In this document: one piece after another, positions 62,274 to 64,000 of the stretch
Layout: every line of letters begins with the position of its first letter
Position numbering within the stretch: position 1 is the first letter of the stretch
Source: Octopus vulgaris
Lineage: Eukaryota
Direction: 5' to 3'
Assembly (NCBI GenBank): GCA_951406725.2
Contig: OX597820.1
Location: 109,678,001 to 109,742,000 of the forward strand
Length of the DNA: 64,000 bases
Notes under the pieces: model-generated
The model's input: only the letters and a program-made list of their open reading frames with translations
What the model was told of the DNA's origin: nothing
The model's database searches: none
Position numbers and translations under genes: made by a program

Positions 62274-62275
<2 letters not shown>
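60706..62275 (+). mobile_element. Older degenerate R4/Dong-type 3' fragment in the same (TAA)n tract
   Basis: YKYLG, MHHPKAD..RLYLPRKEGGRGL, CRVC..ETIDHVVSKC, RPDIIV. Confidence 0.85.
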
Positions 62276-62335
<60 letters not shown>

Positions 62336-63102
62336 TAATAAACAATAATAACAATAATATTAATAATATCAATAATAACATTAAAAATAAAAATGGTACT
62401 AACAATAATAATAACAACGAAAATGACAATAATAAAAATAATAATTATATGAATAAAAATAATAATAACATTCCTACTAACCAAGACTTAAACACCTATA
62501 ATGAAAATAATATTGAAAATGATATGGTGTATGATATAAATGAGGGAAGAAATAAGATCGTACGCTGGTTTATAAAGAGTTAGGGATTGGGGGGGTCAGG
62601 TGGCAACATGAGGAGAGAGAGAGAGAGAGAGAGAGCGAAGGAGCAACGAGTTTGAATATAATTCGTTGGGAATTCTCTGCAACAAAAATTACTGAATTTG
62701 AGGGAAACATAATTTAAATAAATGAAAACCGCAGTGCTAAGTCGAAAGAGAGAGACAGCGAGTCAGAAGTGGGGTCAGAGCCTTAGAAGCAAGTAATAAA
62801 TACGACACGAGGGAGAAGAATATTTTGTAGGGAATTCGGTGGGAATGGAATAACAACGGGATAGCCCTGAAAATAAAGGAGGAATTGAAAAATGCATGAT
62901 CTTAAGACAGACAGGAAGCCATGTTTACAAGATAGAAATAGATAATAGAGAAACGAGAGGGGAGCGGATTAGGGTTACAAATCAAACGCTTAAAAATATG
63001 AATGAAACAGGTTGAAAGTTAAAGTCGCTTAGCTGGCCATTTTTCTGAAATCCGTGTTTTGTCAGCAAGATGTAGATCGAGTATATATATATATATACAA
63101 AC

Positions 63103-63160
<58 letters not shown>

Positions 63161-63457
63161 GGAGATGTACTCGCATAGCAAGTAATTTGATCTGAGATCG
63201 TGTGCTGAAACGAAAACAATTGCAGCGTGGAAGGTGTTTATAAGCCATTTAAGAAACACACAAAAGCCGTTAGATTCACTTCAACATTTAAGTTTAATTT
63301 GTCAAAATATTTTCGTCGCTAAAATCCTGTCAGTGAACAGGTCGCGGATTTTAGCGACGAAAATATTTTGACAAATTAAACTTAAATGTTGAAGTGAATC
63401 GAACGGCTTTTGTGTGTTTCTTAAATGGCTTATAAACACCTTCCACGCTGCAATTGT
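62276..63457 (+). mobile_element. Penelope-like element remnant, 3' part: poly-Asn continuation, promoter-like module, (TA)n and inverted terminus
   Basis: Asn-rich frame open 62341-62583; 112-bp inverted arms 63216-63327 and 63346-63457; hammerhead motif. Confidence 0.65.
63328..63373 (+). ncRNA. Minimal type I hammerhead ribozyme motif, G3-C8 core variant
   Basis: Stem I UGUCA/UGACA; core GUGAACA plus G; stem II GUCGC/GCGAC; GAAA; palindromic AUAU; UU cleavage site. Confidence 0.75.
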
Positions 63458-63659
63458 ATATATATATATATATGGTAAATTTTGGGTATATATATGCATG
63501 CAAATAGTATGAGCAGAACTACAGAAGTTATCTTGGTTACTTTTTGGCAAATGAAGGCTGACTTCTTACATTTTCTTCTGATATTGGTATACTGTATACT
63601 ATCATTAACACCAAAATTTTGAAAGGGGTGGGGCTCAAGAATTATCATTAACTTGCAAA

Positions 63660-63820
63660 CATCTAAAGTATGTACATTACTTACATTTGACAGATATTTA
63701 TCCTCATCTTTTTGTTATTAACACAAGGTTTCGGCTGATATACGCTCCAGACTTCATCAGGTGTCTTGGGGAAATTTAAAACCTGGGTTCTAATTCCTAA
63801 GGTATTTTCCGATGTTGTTG

Positions 63821-63862
<42 letters not shown>

Positions 63863-63951
63863 GTAGTAGTAGTAGTAGTATTCAGGCCACTGCCTGAAAT
63901 CAAACTCAGAATCCCCCAAGATTCCAAGTTTGATTCCAGGCAGTAACCTGA
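63660..63951 (-). mobile_element. Short non-coding hammerhead-containing repeat with B-box-like head and inverted end
   Basis: Imperfect inverted repeat 63881-63951 containing GTTTGATTCC; internal (TAA)n; hammerhead at 63720-63765. Confidence 0.55.
63720..63765 (-). ncRNA. Minimal type I hammerhead ribozyme motif, slightly mutated
   Basis: Minus strand GACAC-CUGAUGA-A-GUCUG-loop-CAGCC-GAAA-CC-UU-GUGUU. Confidence 0.7.
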
Positions 63952-63954
63952 ATG

Positions 63955-64000
<46 letters not shown>

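Overview
Eukaryotic DNA made almost entirely of transposon-derived sequence. The (TA)n/(CA)n/(TAA)n microsatellites and the SINE and LINE repertoire suggest a cephalopod such as Octopus (inference). No complete host gene is visible; one convincing 21-nt micro-exon candidate (52640-52660) suggests much of the window is a giant intron. Positions 48-10595 hold two near-identical, head-to-tail, full-length Tx1-clade LINEs on the minus strand, bracketed by a 17-bp TSD. They sit about 25-30 nt downstream of a TATA-like box inside a Penelope-like terminal module, whose empty homolog lies at ~62530-62725. Both copies share one -1 frameshift at a canonical slippery heptamer inside the endonuclease domain, although their other differences are mostly synonymous. 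The rest is nested remnants: a rearranged divergent Gypsy-type LTR element with a 6-bp TSD, Tc1/mariner, pogo, Helitron, Chapaev3-like, RTE, Mag-like Gypsy, SINEs, R4/Dong-type LINEs inserted in (TAA)n, and Penelope-like ends carrying minimal hammerhead ribozyme motifs (one with a G3-C8 swapped core). Boundaries of degenerate elements are approximate and were read by eye.
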